NCBI GenBank assembly: GCA_000320545.1
Contig: ADNK01000614.1
Span: 1 to 64,000, forward strand
Direction: 5' to 3'
Length of the DNA: 64,000 bases
Origin: Bigelowiella natans CCMP2755
Lineage: Eukaryota; Protista; Cercozoa
Shown: one piece after another, positions 39,645 through 52,096 of the stretch
How positions within the stretch are numbered: position 1 is the first letter of the stretch
Layout of the letters: the number at the start of each line of letters is the position of its first letter
Program-made: the position numbers and the translations under genes
The notes under the pieces: model-generated
Databases searched by the model: none
Seen by the model: only the letters and a program-made list of their open reading frames with translations
Told to the model about the DNA's origin: nothing

Positions 39645-40596
39645 TAGTAATGGTGTGGAGCAGTAACAGGTGCTGATGATGGTAGTTCATACTACTACTA
39701 CTACTTCTTCTTTTTCTTCTTCTTCTTCTTCTTTCAATTCTTCATCCACAAAACTACTTCTACCACCACCATCGGACGTCCAACAGGGGGAGGGTGGCGT
39801 ATCACGCGAGCCGAGTTCAATGGAGGCGTTCCTGCATCGACAGCTCAAGGAAACTGAGGCGCGCTTAAAGGAGAGGGAGAAACAACTGGTGGGCAAGATC
39901 GATTTAGCTACTCCTCCAGCACTAAGAATGAAGGATAGTTTTGATGAGTTGACGGATGATGATGATGATGATGATGATGATGTCCCAACAGTTGTTGGCA
40001 CAACTGTGCAAAATATTCTCTGTGAACTATCATCATCAATTCCCCCCCCCCCCCCCCCCCCTCCACTCACTAATGTGACGTTTTCCTTCTACTGCTACTA
40101 CTACTACTACTACTACTACTACACCTATTGCTGCTGCTGCTGCTGCTACTTTGCCTTCTCCAGGAGTCGTCGTTGAAAGCCACGCAAACACGGCTGAATC
40201 AATTCGTCCAAGCAAATAGAAGCTACGAAGTGGAGCACAAGCGCCTGACCGAACAACTTAAGAAGGTGCATTTTCCCTTACATCTCCTCCTGCTCCTCCT
40301 CCTCCTCCTTATCACCACCACCACCGTTATCTTGATGACGATCCTCCTCCTGCTCTCCCCCTCCTCCTCCGGAAACAGGTGACGGCCGAGAAGGACGAGG
40401 CTGTTCCAAGGGCGAGGGCTGCGGAAAAGGCGGCCTGCAAAGTAGGAAGAGTAGTTTGTGCCTTGTCGTCCATGACAGCAGCACAGTAGTTGTAGTAGTA
40501 GTAGTAGTAGTAGTAGTCGTAGTTGTAGTAGGGGTTGTAGTAGTTGGTAGTAGAATGGCTGCTATGTCGTCGTCGTCGTCGTCCCCGTGTCAATAC

Positions 40597-40629
<33 letters not shown>

Positions 40630-41365
40630 CACGACGATGCTCATGATGCTGATACTGATGGTGACGACGGTGCCAACAGGAGGACATGGACACGCTGAGA
40701 GAGCAAATCCGTGCGCTTAGCAAGCAGCTAGCAGAGGTGCGTGCATTCATATGTACGAACACGAAGAAGGAGAAGAAGATGATGATGATGAAAAGAAAGA
40801 CAAGCAAAAACCAAAAAGAGACGGGGGGGTGGTAAAGAAGGAGAATAGCCCATCTTCTAGCATCATGAATATTAAAAAGATGATCCAAAATAAGACGTCA
40901 ACGATGACGACGACGACGACGACTGCTTGTGTTGCGTTGTTGCAGCGGGATATCTTATTATCAACGGGTCTCCTTTTCCTCCCCCCCCCACTTCCTTGTA
41001 TAGATGAACCGACATGAGAAGGCACTCACGCTCCAAGTGAGCACCGAAGAGCAGAAGTGTGAGGCGCTGCAGGTAGATAAACCAGCAATTTCATGTCATC
41101 CGTCATTGTAGTTGTAGTAGCAGTAGTGGTAGCAGCAGCAGCCGTCGTCGTCATCGTCAAGGAGTAGTAGCACGTACGCACCAAAAAGCTGGTGATGATC
41201 CTTATGGAGGCCTGATGCCCCATCGTTCCCTCCCCCCTCATCGTCTCCATCCATCGTTATCAGACCAGCTTAGACGAAATGGAGGAGAAACTGAACGCCC
41301 TACAAGAGTTCAGCGACTTTGAGATCCAGAAGCTGAGAGCGGACCTCAACGAGGTAGTAGTAGTC

Positions 41366-41396
<31 letters not shown>

Positions 41397-43299
41397 GGGT
41401 AGCAGCAGCAGGAGGAGGGGGAGGAGGAGGAGGATATGTCGCAAGGGGAACAAGATACCGACACAAGATAAAAAAAGGGAAAGAAAGCTGAATAGCTTCC
41501 TCTGCACCCCCTTTGTTTATTGCCTCTTCGTCTTCTCGCTGTTGCTATTGCCGTTGCTATTGTGATAACATCCTAGGTCGGGATTGAGCTGAAAGAGGCT
41601 CAGAAGGCCGTGAAAAAGAAGGACGAGGAGATACTGGACCTCGAGAACCACTGCGCTCATCTCAAGTAATATATGCTCTGCTTTGTTTCTAGAAAGAACT
41701 AGTTATAGAAGAAACATGATCGTAGTGATATAGTAGTGGCTGTAAGAATAGCTGTTGTGAATATCCGTCGCTCTTTTCATGGGTAGTAAAGAATATGGAT
41801 GAATGAAAGGCAATGATGATTGATGGTGTTGTCTATTCTTCCTTCCCCCCCCCCTCAACCCCCTCCTATAAAAGGGCTGCGAAGGATCGTCTCGAGAGCG
41901 AGACGGAGGAGAAAGAGCACATTGCGAGGCAGAATCGGTAATTATTCAAAGTGATAATAGGCGTTGAGTGAAATGGTTGCATCATTATCACCACCACCAC
42001 CACCACCACCATCGTCATCATCGTCATCATCACCATTGCGAAATCATCATCCATCATCCATCCATACTCGCCGCCACCAGATTCTCAAGTGCAGGCGACC
42101 AAGCAAAGATTGAGGAACTCGAAACGCAGCTCAAACAGGTTAGTAGTAGTTGTAGTTGGTTGCTCGTCAATAGGACAAGATGGATAGTTGGATAGGTGAC
42201 AACTGTTCAACATTAGCGACGATAATGATGATGATCATGATCATGCGGTGGCCATGAGAAGAGAGGAAAAAGACGGTCAAGATTATTGGTCAATCTCGAA
42301 TCATACTTTTTGCCAATTCTCCTCGTCCTCTTCTCCCCCGCCTCTTCCTCCTCCTCCTCCTCCTCCTCCCCCTCCTGTCATCTTCTCTCCTCGACTGCCC
42401 ACCCCACAGAGTCGCGAAGGCGTAACTAATCTCGAGAGCCAGCTGGGTGCAGCAGAGAAGAAACTGACAGCGATGCAGGAGAAGCTCACACAGTAAGCGA
42501 ATTATATTCCTTCCTACTATCTACTACTTTCTACTACTACCTCCTCCTCCTCCTCCCCCTCCTCCTCCTACTACTACTACTACCAATACTATTACTACTC
42601 ATCATTATATACCGATAATCCCCCAATACATACAACACAACGCGCACGATCATAATGAACAGCACATGCGACACGCATCATACACGCGCCCAATCAACTC
42701 ATCGTGCTGCTGCCGACCTCACCCCCACCTTCCTTCCTACCCACGTAGGAGCGAGCAGGGCAATCAAAGGCAGCTCAAGGAGACCGAGAAGAAGATGAAG
42801 CAGCAGATTACGATGCTCACGACACAAAGGAATAGGTTCAAACGCAAAGCAGAGGTATTGTAAGAAGCCAGTATCATCATCATCAGCAGCAGCAGCACCG
42901 ACTAGAGTGTGAGTGTGAGTGTGTGAGTAGTACCCGTGAATAGAAGACCTTCTCCACAAAGAATATTCGTTTGTATTTCGACACTGTTTTGAGAAGAAAG
43001 AGGGTATTTATTTTGAAGAACTGCCCCTCCCCCTCCCCCTCCTTTCACCGATGATATTATTCAGAGCCTAAGTCACACGGTCAAAGGGCTGATGCGCGAG
43101 AAAGCTCAGTCTGCAAATACGGTGTCCGGCCTCTATGAGCAGAAGCTTGCTGCCCTTGTCAAGGAGAAGAAGGTGGTGGGATTAGCAGTTGTAGTAGTAG
43201 TAGTAGTAGTAGTAGTAGTAATAGTAGTAGCAGTGGTAGTTCTTGCCCTTTTTCCGATGGAAATGGAGTGTATACGTGTGTATGTGTGTATGTGTGTGT

Positions 43300-43336
<37 letters not shown>

Positions 43337-43766
43337 GGATGATTTATGCTACTGCCCCTGGCTCTTGTTACTGTTGTAGTAAACAATATGTTTACCCCTC
43401 TCTTCTTGGTCTTCTATAGGCGGCCATGCAGGCTTTAGAAACATACAAAAAGGCGTTTGAGCAGCAGCTGATGGGCAGCAAGTCCGTCAAGAAGAAAGGT
43501 AGTATTATTGCCATATGCAGCGTCGACAAGCTCTCCTCATGATGGTCAGAAGAAGAAGATTAAGAAAAAGAGGACAACAACCGACATTAAACACAACCAC
43601 TATATAGATGCTGCCACAGCGAGCTCTACTCCCCATCTCCCCAATCGCACTTCATCACCCCCCCCCTCATCCTCATCCTCATCCTCCCAACTCACCTGCT
43701 TGGATATCTATTGATGTATTGTAATGAATACTCTCCTGAAATCATCTTCCCTTTCCGTCTTATATA

Positions 43767-43802
<36 letters not shown>

Positions 43803-44382
43803 GTACATTATATATGTGCCCTTGATGGTGGAAACTCCTTGGCAATGCCTTCGATTTATTCCCTGACGTTAATCCCTTCTATATGCGTACTAATACGCCT
43901 AAAAGTCGTTGGCGGCGATTGTGAGTAACGTCTCTCACCATTTTAGCTTTCCCCCCTTTCGCAGCAGCACGTGTTGCGAGGCCTCGTCTTTTTTCCTTCT
44001 CCTCCGCCGCTCTCCTATCTTCGTATCATTCATCCACATCGATAGCTGATTTGTTTGTTTTCCCCCCTCCTACTTCCAAAATCATCCTTCACGTGGTGGT
44101 AGTGTTCATGGCGTCTAATTCGAGAGCCGACCAAGAACTCGCCACGCTGCGAAAGTATTGTGATAGAGACACTAGGAACTGGGGGGAATGGGGGGGGGGG
44201 GGGGCGGGGAGATAAGGAGTACAGTTATCCTCCTCGTTATTGATTATCGTTCTCTATCCAACAATCCTCATGATCCCTAGGCTGGCAAATGGCCTCTCCG
44301 AGACTATTACGGACAAGGATGAAGTAATCATCCACATGCGAAAAGCGAACAAGATGCTGGGTGCTCGTATACAGGTGGCAGC

Positions 44383-44419
<37 letters not shown>

Positions 44420-44692
44420 TTGCTGCTATAATTTGGAATATTTGCTTGTGGCCATAATATAAATCAATATGATGGAAGTGCGTTGCATGACGATAGTTGC
44501 ATATATTTGTGTTGCCTTATCATCACTCACTCGTCTGCCTCCCTGTTCCAGGAACTTGAGAAGCAGCTGAAGATATACGAGGAGATGGCCGAGAGAGACC
44601 AGGGAGACCGAACCTCGGAGACAACATTGGACGAAACCAAATCCCAACAAGACTTAGTGAGCACGTCTCCTCCAACTCCAAGTTCGACGTGA
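35510..44692 (+). CDS. Large multi-exon protein: AIR9/SCAB-like Ig domain + split PH-like domain, PDZ domain, long C-terminal coiled coil; 5' end uncertain
   Basis: Ig-like: VKIFIEGGPVHTGILKAG..TGTFRWYRSVG..VTGNTYQPTLDDVGSRISTQWIP. PH-like: GPLDLDP..TFIITL..KGTLKISRSELKI and VVSTDFMTRDVIALIARRLA. PDZ: RRTPFGMRVSGDLVVEDVGGPAMEAGIVEGDSILSIAG..PLPFELVL. Heptad-rich exons run to SPPTPSST-TGA. Confidence 0.7.
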
Positions 44693-45094
44693 TGATGATG
44701 CGTAGATCATAATTTAGTCACCCACAAACTAGACTGACCGGCTTTCAACGTATAATGAGCATAAATAGTATTGTATTTGTTGTGGCCATTTGCTATCGCT
44801 TGGCACTATCTACCTATCGGTGTGCGCGTGCTTCGTATATGCCTATACGTGCGTATCAAGCAGCGCTCGCTAGCGCTTACATGGTGATCACGAATGTGCA
44901 ATGCGCTTGCGCAGCTATCTAGCTATGCCTGTTGCCTTACACGCTACGTACATGTCTAGACGTGTACACATCCATGATGTTAGCAAGGTGTATGTGTGTC
45001 AGTTGCGCATATATGTGGTATATCGTAATAACGTAGCACGTGTGCACGATGGTGCTTTGCATTGTGCAAGCCATGATAATGCATACGCAATGAT

Positions 45095-45136
<42 letters not shown>

Positions 45137-45145
45137 CGCATGGAT

Positions 45146-47277
45146 TGTACCGGCGTAGTATCGTATGTCCAGCTTTTATCGTATTCGAACTCACATTGTG
45201 TGTGTGTGTGTTTGTGCAGAGAGGGAGAGAGAGAGTTAAGTTACTGTGAAATGCTCGCTAACTTCACATTGCCAGGTGGAAAGTACCTCATTTCCGAAGG
45301 ACTACAGATTCCCCCAGGATACGATAATCTTGAGGTCCGGGACGGCACCCTAGTCGCTGCTGATTCATTCCCGCTTGGGGGCACCCTCCTCCTCATTGGG
45401 GATGCAAATGCGGTGAAGGGTAGCGCGAACAAGAATATCAATGTACAAAAGCAACCTGAAAAAAATGAAGATAGAGAATAATAAAAATGAAGCCGTGCTT
45501 ATTATTATCCCAATAGACATCAATCTCAAGACCGTTTTCTTCGGCCCTCTTTCTCTGCATGTCTTTCTTTCTCTCTTTGTGGTTATCTTTCTTTAGGTGA
45601 TGTCGTTGACCCTCGATGGTGGAGGGAGGGCAGCTCGAGCGATGGGTGTGCTCAATTGTCAGTATGTGAACATCGGACCGTCTTTCATGGCCTACGGATT
45701 CCACCAGTATGGTGTTCAAATGAACGGCACGGGGTTGATTTTAATTGCAATATCTCTTAAGCATACTACTCATTTTCATCATTATCATCATCATCATCAT
45801 TCTCATCAACATCATCCACTTCCACTGATCCTTATGCTTTCTTAAACAGGGGCTGCTTCATCCATCACTCATGGATGGGAGAAGTGGCGCCATTTGCTCC
45901 CAAGGACTTGACAACATCAGTCTCGAATCTGACCTCGAGCGTGATCTCTCTTGAAGGCTCGGAGCATGATTGCTATGTCAAGGTCGTCGTCATTTTGCAC
46001 CCATTTGTCAACGATGAAGGGGATAATAATGACGAAAGAAGACGATGATGATTGAGGTGGAAGTGGTGGTGATGATGATAAACAAATTGTGAAAGTGACA
46101 TGTGTAGTCTGATGTAGGACGTGATCATCTGGTCGGGGCGCATAGGACTCCGAAGCCAAAATGGAGCCAACGAGATCGGTGCTACATATGAGGGGGGGTT
46201 CTTGTCTTTTTGTATTCTTCTTTTTTTGTTTGGGGGTGAGGACTGGGGGAGGGGCTTTGTTTTGGAGTGCGTCTTTTGCGGCTTCTACCTGAGAGTCTTA
46301 CCTATCTCAGAGGGACTGCACACGTGGAACCTCGATAATCTTCAGGGTAATATCCATCATCGTTGGTTTTCATAATGATTATTATGAACTTTGATTTGTC
46401 GCTTTAGGCGGCATAGGCATCTTACTGGAGGGCGGAAGCGGCATCGTACGAGGTAAGAATATCTGACTAATTCTGTGCAATATGCATGCGTTTTGTGTGT
46501 GTGTGTGTGTGTGTGTTTGCGCACGCACGCAGAATGTGTGCATGTTAGGGTAAATGTAGATGTAGAAGAACGATACGTGTCCTGATTTTCAGGAAGTTAC
46601 TTGGACTTTTGCCCCTTGGTGGTGTTGGATCCCAAAAGTGTGATTGTCGAGGGCAACTTATTTCTCGCCCGAGCGAACCTTGTTGTCCAAGCGTCCAAGT
46701 CCAAAACCGTCTCCGGCCTTGTTGTCACCGGTAACCGTTGGTGGAGCGAGAGGAACAAGCAGTTTGCGAATGACACTATCGTTGTCAACGGTGGGGCTCA
46801 CGGACTTGTACACTCCCCCTCATCCCCCCCTTCCCCTTCACACACACGCGCATATGTCAACTCCATACTAACGTTGTTGATTCGTACACGTGTCATTACT
46901 TTAACTCACGTGCAATGAATGTGTATGCATGGAACTCAGGCATGATTAATGCTGTGACCGACACCGTCATCGAATCCAACACCGCAGATTCCATCCTGCA
47001 TGTCACATCAACCAGGGCAACTCTGACAAAGGACCTACCTGTCGGAGCCGACCAAATCGTGTTGGACTTCTCAGATCATCTTCTATTCAACACGCCGATC
47101 CATGAAGCTTATTGCTCCATTAACGCGGAGGAGTACATTGGGCATGTTGTCAATATGAGGCAAAAGAAACCCATTGATCGCTCGATCACAGTGTTGCTGT
47201 CACGTGCTGCTCAAAAGAAGGGAGGCCAAGTGACGTGCACCGTAGACCAGAGCCAGCGCACGCAACCTGGGCACTGA
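45146..47277 (+). pseudogene. 5'-truncated copy of the QRT3-like gene (lacks promoter, start codon and signal-peptide exon)
   Basis: The duplication begins inside intron 1 of the intact gene at 54490. The first retained exon starts at 45276 (GKYLISEGLQIPPG). Upstream is an (AT)n tract, not exon 1. Confidence 0.85.
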
Positions 47278-47783
47278 CAGAAATGATTGTGCCCAGGCGG
47301 TATGGACGAGCTAGCTAGATAGATAGATGGAGAACATGCTGTAACCTACTGGAAGTGTGGCCTTCTTAACAAGTTTGATCATTTTCTGGTCTTGGGTGCA
47401 GAAAACTAGAGTAGAGGACGCTACGATGGTGTGCGGGAAAAATTCATGTAAATTTTTAGCTTGCATACATCACCTATGTGTCGCGCGCCAGCCTCTAGTC
47501 CATCACATGAACGATTCACATAAAACAACGACAAGGCAAACTAAACAAGCAGCTTGTATATTCTAGTGATCCGAACGCTTACGCGCTCCGCGAGCTACAT
47601 CTATCGCTCCTCATTACATGTCACATTGCATATGCCAAGCGAGTGGCGAGTAGCGTTCATTCAGAAGCGCAAGCCTTGGCGTGATTTGGCATCTTTGTGT
47701 TACACTGCGCAGCGAGGCATAACACTTGCATCGCATTACAAACTTCGGCCACTATTATGGTTATTATCACTATGCGGATATTT

Positions 47784-49232
47784 TCAGCGCTTGTCTGTCA
47801 TTTTCTTTCGCTCGTCTAAATCATTTCTGTCATCCATAGAACTATATGAAGTCGTTACTTCACGCTGGTTTCGGACAGACAACCAATGCGTGATCGAGGT
47901 TTCAGCTAATGCCAGGCCAAAGCATAGCACTGTTACAATCGAGATAATCGAAACGGGGTGAGCCCGCTCGAGATCTCCAACACTCAAGAACGAAAGGAAT
48001 ATCAATGGTCACACTGTAAACACAGCCCACCACGCCCACTTCACTCGTTTGACATCCTCAGGATCATCGGGACTCGGGTGGTGTCCAGCGTAATGGCTCA
48101 CACGAACGAGAAATATTAGTATGAGCGAGACCCCAACCGATGCGAAGAGCAGCGTGACCTCAGCAAGCTTCATTTCATGGTGGTAGACTGTGGCTCGGGT
48201 TACAAACATTATTGCCACTCCCGCCATCAGCAACGACGGCCCAAGGCATATGATCACAAAGTAATGGAAGAACCCTCGCCCCACACTCTGGCGAAAGGCA
48301 TGCTGATCCCTCGTTGTGGGCTGTACGTTGTAGAATAGCAGCGCGATCGAGAAACTCAGCAGCAGTGCCAACATCATCGCTAGGTAGAACATCGCGTTAC
48401 GGTCAAAATCGTGCTGGCCACTGTAGTCCTGCAAGGCGGATACGACTGATTCACCAAGGACTGCCAAGATAAAACCGTTCTGGCGATCTGTGACATGGTC
48501 TATGTTTAGTGGTAGCAGCTTTGATCGAGGGAGAGCAGCGTAAGCATAAATATCGAACGGCATTTCTACTACTACTACCAAGGCCCATAAGATGTGAAGT
48601 ATCGTTGTGTTAGCCGTGTAGACAGTTGCAACGAGTAGAAGGACCAACGAACAGAGCATGACGTATGTAATGATCATAGCATGCGACTTTGCACGGCGAT
48701 TCTGACAGGCAGTCAGAAAGTACATTACACACAGCGACGTTCTTTGAACAATCATGGCAACTGTGAAATTTATAGACAAATCCGCATTTCCCACATGGAT
48801 TGCCATTCCTGCCATGCCCAGAAGAAACACGATTAGATATATCGTGTGCACAAAGGAATTATCGTAGAGTCGCGTACAGTACACCATGTACAAGGTCCAG
48901 GAGGATTGAAAAAGGGTGAAAAACAATATGAAAAGGCTTATCTTGTCTGGGCTGTATTCATCTGCTAGAAAGTCAGCTATTCTCGAGAACGCGATCACCA
49001 TGATCAAATCTACAAACAACTCAAACCATTCCGAGGTGCGTTCTTCATATTCATCGTCCCAATCTACAGCGGTGCGCGGTGTCCTATACAGCCTCCGAAG
49101 TGCCAGTCCGAACGGACGTTTTCGTTTCTGCTCAGCAGAATGGACACCGGTGAATCGAACGGCCTCTGACAGCGACGATTCGATCGTAGTGTTCTCCGAG
49201 AGGTTTCTCTGCTTCGAATCGAGCGAGGCCAT
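47784..49232 (-). CDS. LtrA-family (low temperature requirement A) polytopic membrane protein, copy 1, with in-frame TGA at 48009-48011
   Basis: ERTSEWFELFVDLIMV and PLNIDHVTDRQNGFILAVLGESVV match LtrA motifs; about 10-11 hydrophobic helices. The ORF 47784-48005 is in the same frame directly after the TGA. Confidence 0.85.
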
Positions 49233-49420
49233 TGTGTTCTCCCAAGCAAGCTGCGCCTGCTTTTAAGATCGATCGAACGCTTCGATGAGGAGGGTATGCT
49301 CACCTCCGAGTTTCCGCTACTTCCTGAGACCAAGGTGTACAATTCAGGCCTCTCTCCTGTAATGAATACTCTTCGTACTCTGTGCTACTGAAGCTCCTGG
49401 TCCTTCTTTTGAGATGGATT

Positions 49421-49565
49421 TTTTTTAGTGGGAAGACAAGTACGAAACCTTGTCGTACTACAAAAATCGGAAGACAGTACCGGTATTATAACAAATAGAT
49501 TTTTAGTGAGAGACAAGTATGAAACCTTGTCGTACGACAATAATCAGAGCGGTATTACCAGTAAA
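49421..49565. promoter_or_regulatory. Imperfect ~78-bp tandem duplication in the divergent LtrA/ATP-grasp promoter (also at 59110-59254)
   Basis: Two units of tttttagtg.gagacaagta.gaaaccttgtcgtac.acaa.aatc...cggtatta, each containing the inverted pair gacaag...cttgtc. Confidence 0.7.
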
Positions 49566-49639
49566 ATTGCCCGCAAAATTATCCGAAAATTCATGTCCTC
49601 GTTCCAGAATCACATTCCTGGAGATCGCTGGCCGATAGG

Positions 49640-51170
49640 ATGCAGGCGTCCGGTCACGACTTCGCGGACTCCATCAAGAAAGGGGTTGCACAGCTTCGTT
49701 CGACTCGGAGCCAGCTGCTGAAGCGAGAGGCGAAATCAAAGACTGTGAGGCTGGAAGCAGCAGCGATGGCTCGGAAGAACAACGAACGTCTGCGGGCCGT
49801 GGACATTGAGGCATGGTACGAGGATGTGAAGCAGCACACGTTCCGAACTCTATTCGTTCCCATTGAACAAACCGAAGCGCGAGCGATCATGAAGGCCCAT
49901 GAGCTCGGCAAAAATGGCATCGGCGGTGGAGACAGCGAACAGCGAGAGACTGATGAGGTCAAGGTGGCAAAGAAGCAGCATGAGATTCTGCTTTGTAAGC
50001 TCAAGGAACGTATCGCAAAAGCAATGAAGTCCTTCACCCCTAAAAGTATGTCCTCCTCCCCCTCTTCTACCCCGCAAACGGGCGAAGTCCATGTTTTCAC
50101 GAAGCTCTCTTCGCGAAGCCCGAAGGACTCAACTATGTGCAGAGCTCGGGCGCTGGAACTTGTCAAAGCGAAGTTAACGGCTGCTCGTAAGTCGGGAGCT
50201 AAAATCGACTCCAACACTGTCAAAGTCGCTATTATGGCCTCCACAATTGAATCGCTTAGGCTCAAGTCGGCAGACGAGGTTTTGGAGTGCTTTATCACAT
50301 CGAACAGAGTGTGTGAGGACGATTTACCCCTTGCTTTGAGGTGACCCAACGATTGCACTTCCCATCTGTACTTGACGCATCTTGAATGAATGTGATCATC
50401 ATGTTACTACAACCATTTTGAGGTGGACGAAATTCTCCAAATCTTTAAGCATTTTATAAACCATGACATACTTCTTCTTCTTCTACTACTACTACTACTA
50501 CCTCCACTATCTCTCAAGGTATCCTAAGAGCTGGAGCCAGCACATCATTCTCCGAGAGTGGGTAGACATTTCTCCTGAATCCGAGCTCCGAGCTTTTGTG
50601 ATGGACAGCAAGCTCACAGCACTTTGTCAGTACTACAACGGTGCATTCTTTCCCAAACTCTCGCTGAAAGACAATCGGGAGAAAGCACTATCCATCGTTC
50701 GTAAGTTCTTCAACGAGGTGAAGGGCCGTATCAAGGTTGAGCCTCCGGAGTATTCGATGGATCTCGCCGTGGATTTGGAGAAGGGGAAAGCCTACGTCAT
50801 CGAGTTAAATCCATTCGGTAGGCCAGATGGCATGGGCACAGGCACCGCTCTATTCAACAACAAGAATCCGGAGGACCTTAAGGTGCCATCGCCTAGCTTA
50901 GATTTTGACTCTATTTATATCTGTTGATTTAGTTATTGGCGTGTGATCTGGAGCTCTCTTTGGTAGCAACAGTCGTGGAAGATGAGTGTAGCTCTGTCTC
51001 CCTCCTCGTAGAGATGAAATTGATGTTTATGACACATCTATCGAAAGGTGCTCTTTGGGGAACGTCCGTTTGAGTTTCGCGTTGAGGAAGCACCGCCAAA
51101 AGAAGACTGTAGATTGCAAATTAAAGGGCCGTTAAAAAGTTGGCTCGAAGAGCAGCAAATGATGGGTTGA
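49640..51170 (+). CDS. Cdc123/D123-related ATP-grasp protein (R2K clade), copy 1, 3 exons
   Basis: DIEAWYEDVKQHTFRTLFVPI, VFTKLSSRSPKDS, FITSNRVCEDD, IILREWVDISPESELRAFVMDSKLTALCQYY, YVIELNPF, TGTALF, LFGERPFEFRV. Introns at 50341-50518 and about 50884-51047. Confidence 0.88.
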
Positions 51171-51371
51171 TGATAGCCAAACGAGCTGTCTGGTCATAAG
51201 ATCTTGTAGATATATGCTATCATATTTGCCATCATCCACACCAAATCGTTGCAATCGTCCTAGCGTCCCATATAATAATAACGCACATAGCATAGTAGTG
51301 TTGTGGCCGTGAGTGTGCTGCTCACCGCAATGCAATAACATTGCTAGATTGTGTGCAGTAGATGATGGCTC

Positions 51372-51465
51372 TTCATCATTCGTAAGACGGATGTAATGAA
51401 ATAGATTAAATTTGTTCAATGGTCATATAGTCATCCTCATGTAGCTGTATAATTCATCATTCGTA
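51372..51465 (+). mobile_element. 68-bp insertion flanked by 13-bp direct repeats (putative target-site duplication); also at 61061-61154
   Basis: ttcatcattcgta at 51372-51384 and 51453-51465. The insert agacggatgtaatgaa...gtagctgtataa is homologous to the inverted-repeat arms at 52097-52355. Confidence 0.65.
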
Positions 51466-52096
51466 CATCATCATTCCACCACTCTACCACTGGCATATTT
51501 AATATATGTAGCCCCCCCGCTAGCCCCCGCGCCCGCCACGACCCGCCCTGGGCCCTGGCTGCAGACATGCGCTAGCATGTTTGACATGTAAATATTGATT
51601 GCATTTGCATGTCTAGCAGCTGCGCCTGCGACTCCGCATTCTAGCATTTGTACTGTGCTAGTAACTATATAAGCAGGCAACGAATGTTCGAATGCGGTAT
51701 GAAATATAGCACAGCACGCGCGTGACGCTGCGCTAGCGTTTTACGCGAGTGCGTGCACACTAATATGATAGACATGCAATACACAATATATATAATATAT
51801 ATAGTGTATTGCTGTGTCTATTATAAGTATGGCTCGAAAATTGGGTCGCAGCAAGGTTCTCAGTTTCCTCACATGCACCAAACATGTCTTCTACATGTTC
51901 CAAGTGGTTGTGTCATTGTGCCGTTTGCGATGCATGCAACGACTGTATATATATTTATGCAGGCTGAAATTGAATCCAGAACTGCTGCGCGCAATGCGCG
52001 GCAACATCGGTCGCATGAGGACGCTTTCAAATGCATGAAACACATTGTGGCAGAAACCAACAGATGCAACATTAACGCTGTAGCCGCTGCATTGCA

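Larger units (their letters stand above)
45146..51764 (+). repeat. Segmental duplication copy 1 (probably derived), 6,619 bp
   Basis: Matches 54835-61453 at a constant offset of 9,689. I saw only three substitutions by eye (46030/55719, 48329/58018, 51013/60702). Confidence 0.97.

Noticed and set aside
48009-48011. Genome-wide UGA=Trp reassignment
   Set aside because: Beta-adaptin, NPC, the ATP-grasp and others terminate at TGA at expected C-termini, and Trp is encoded by TGG throughout.
49654-50358. 234-aa antisense ORF (also 59343-60047, 32227-32700, 37221-37751, 61483-62127)
   Set aside because: These are shadow ORFs opposite well-supported genes, with no recognisable domains.
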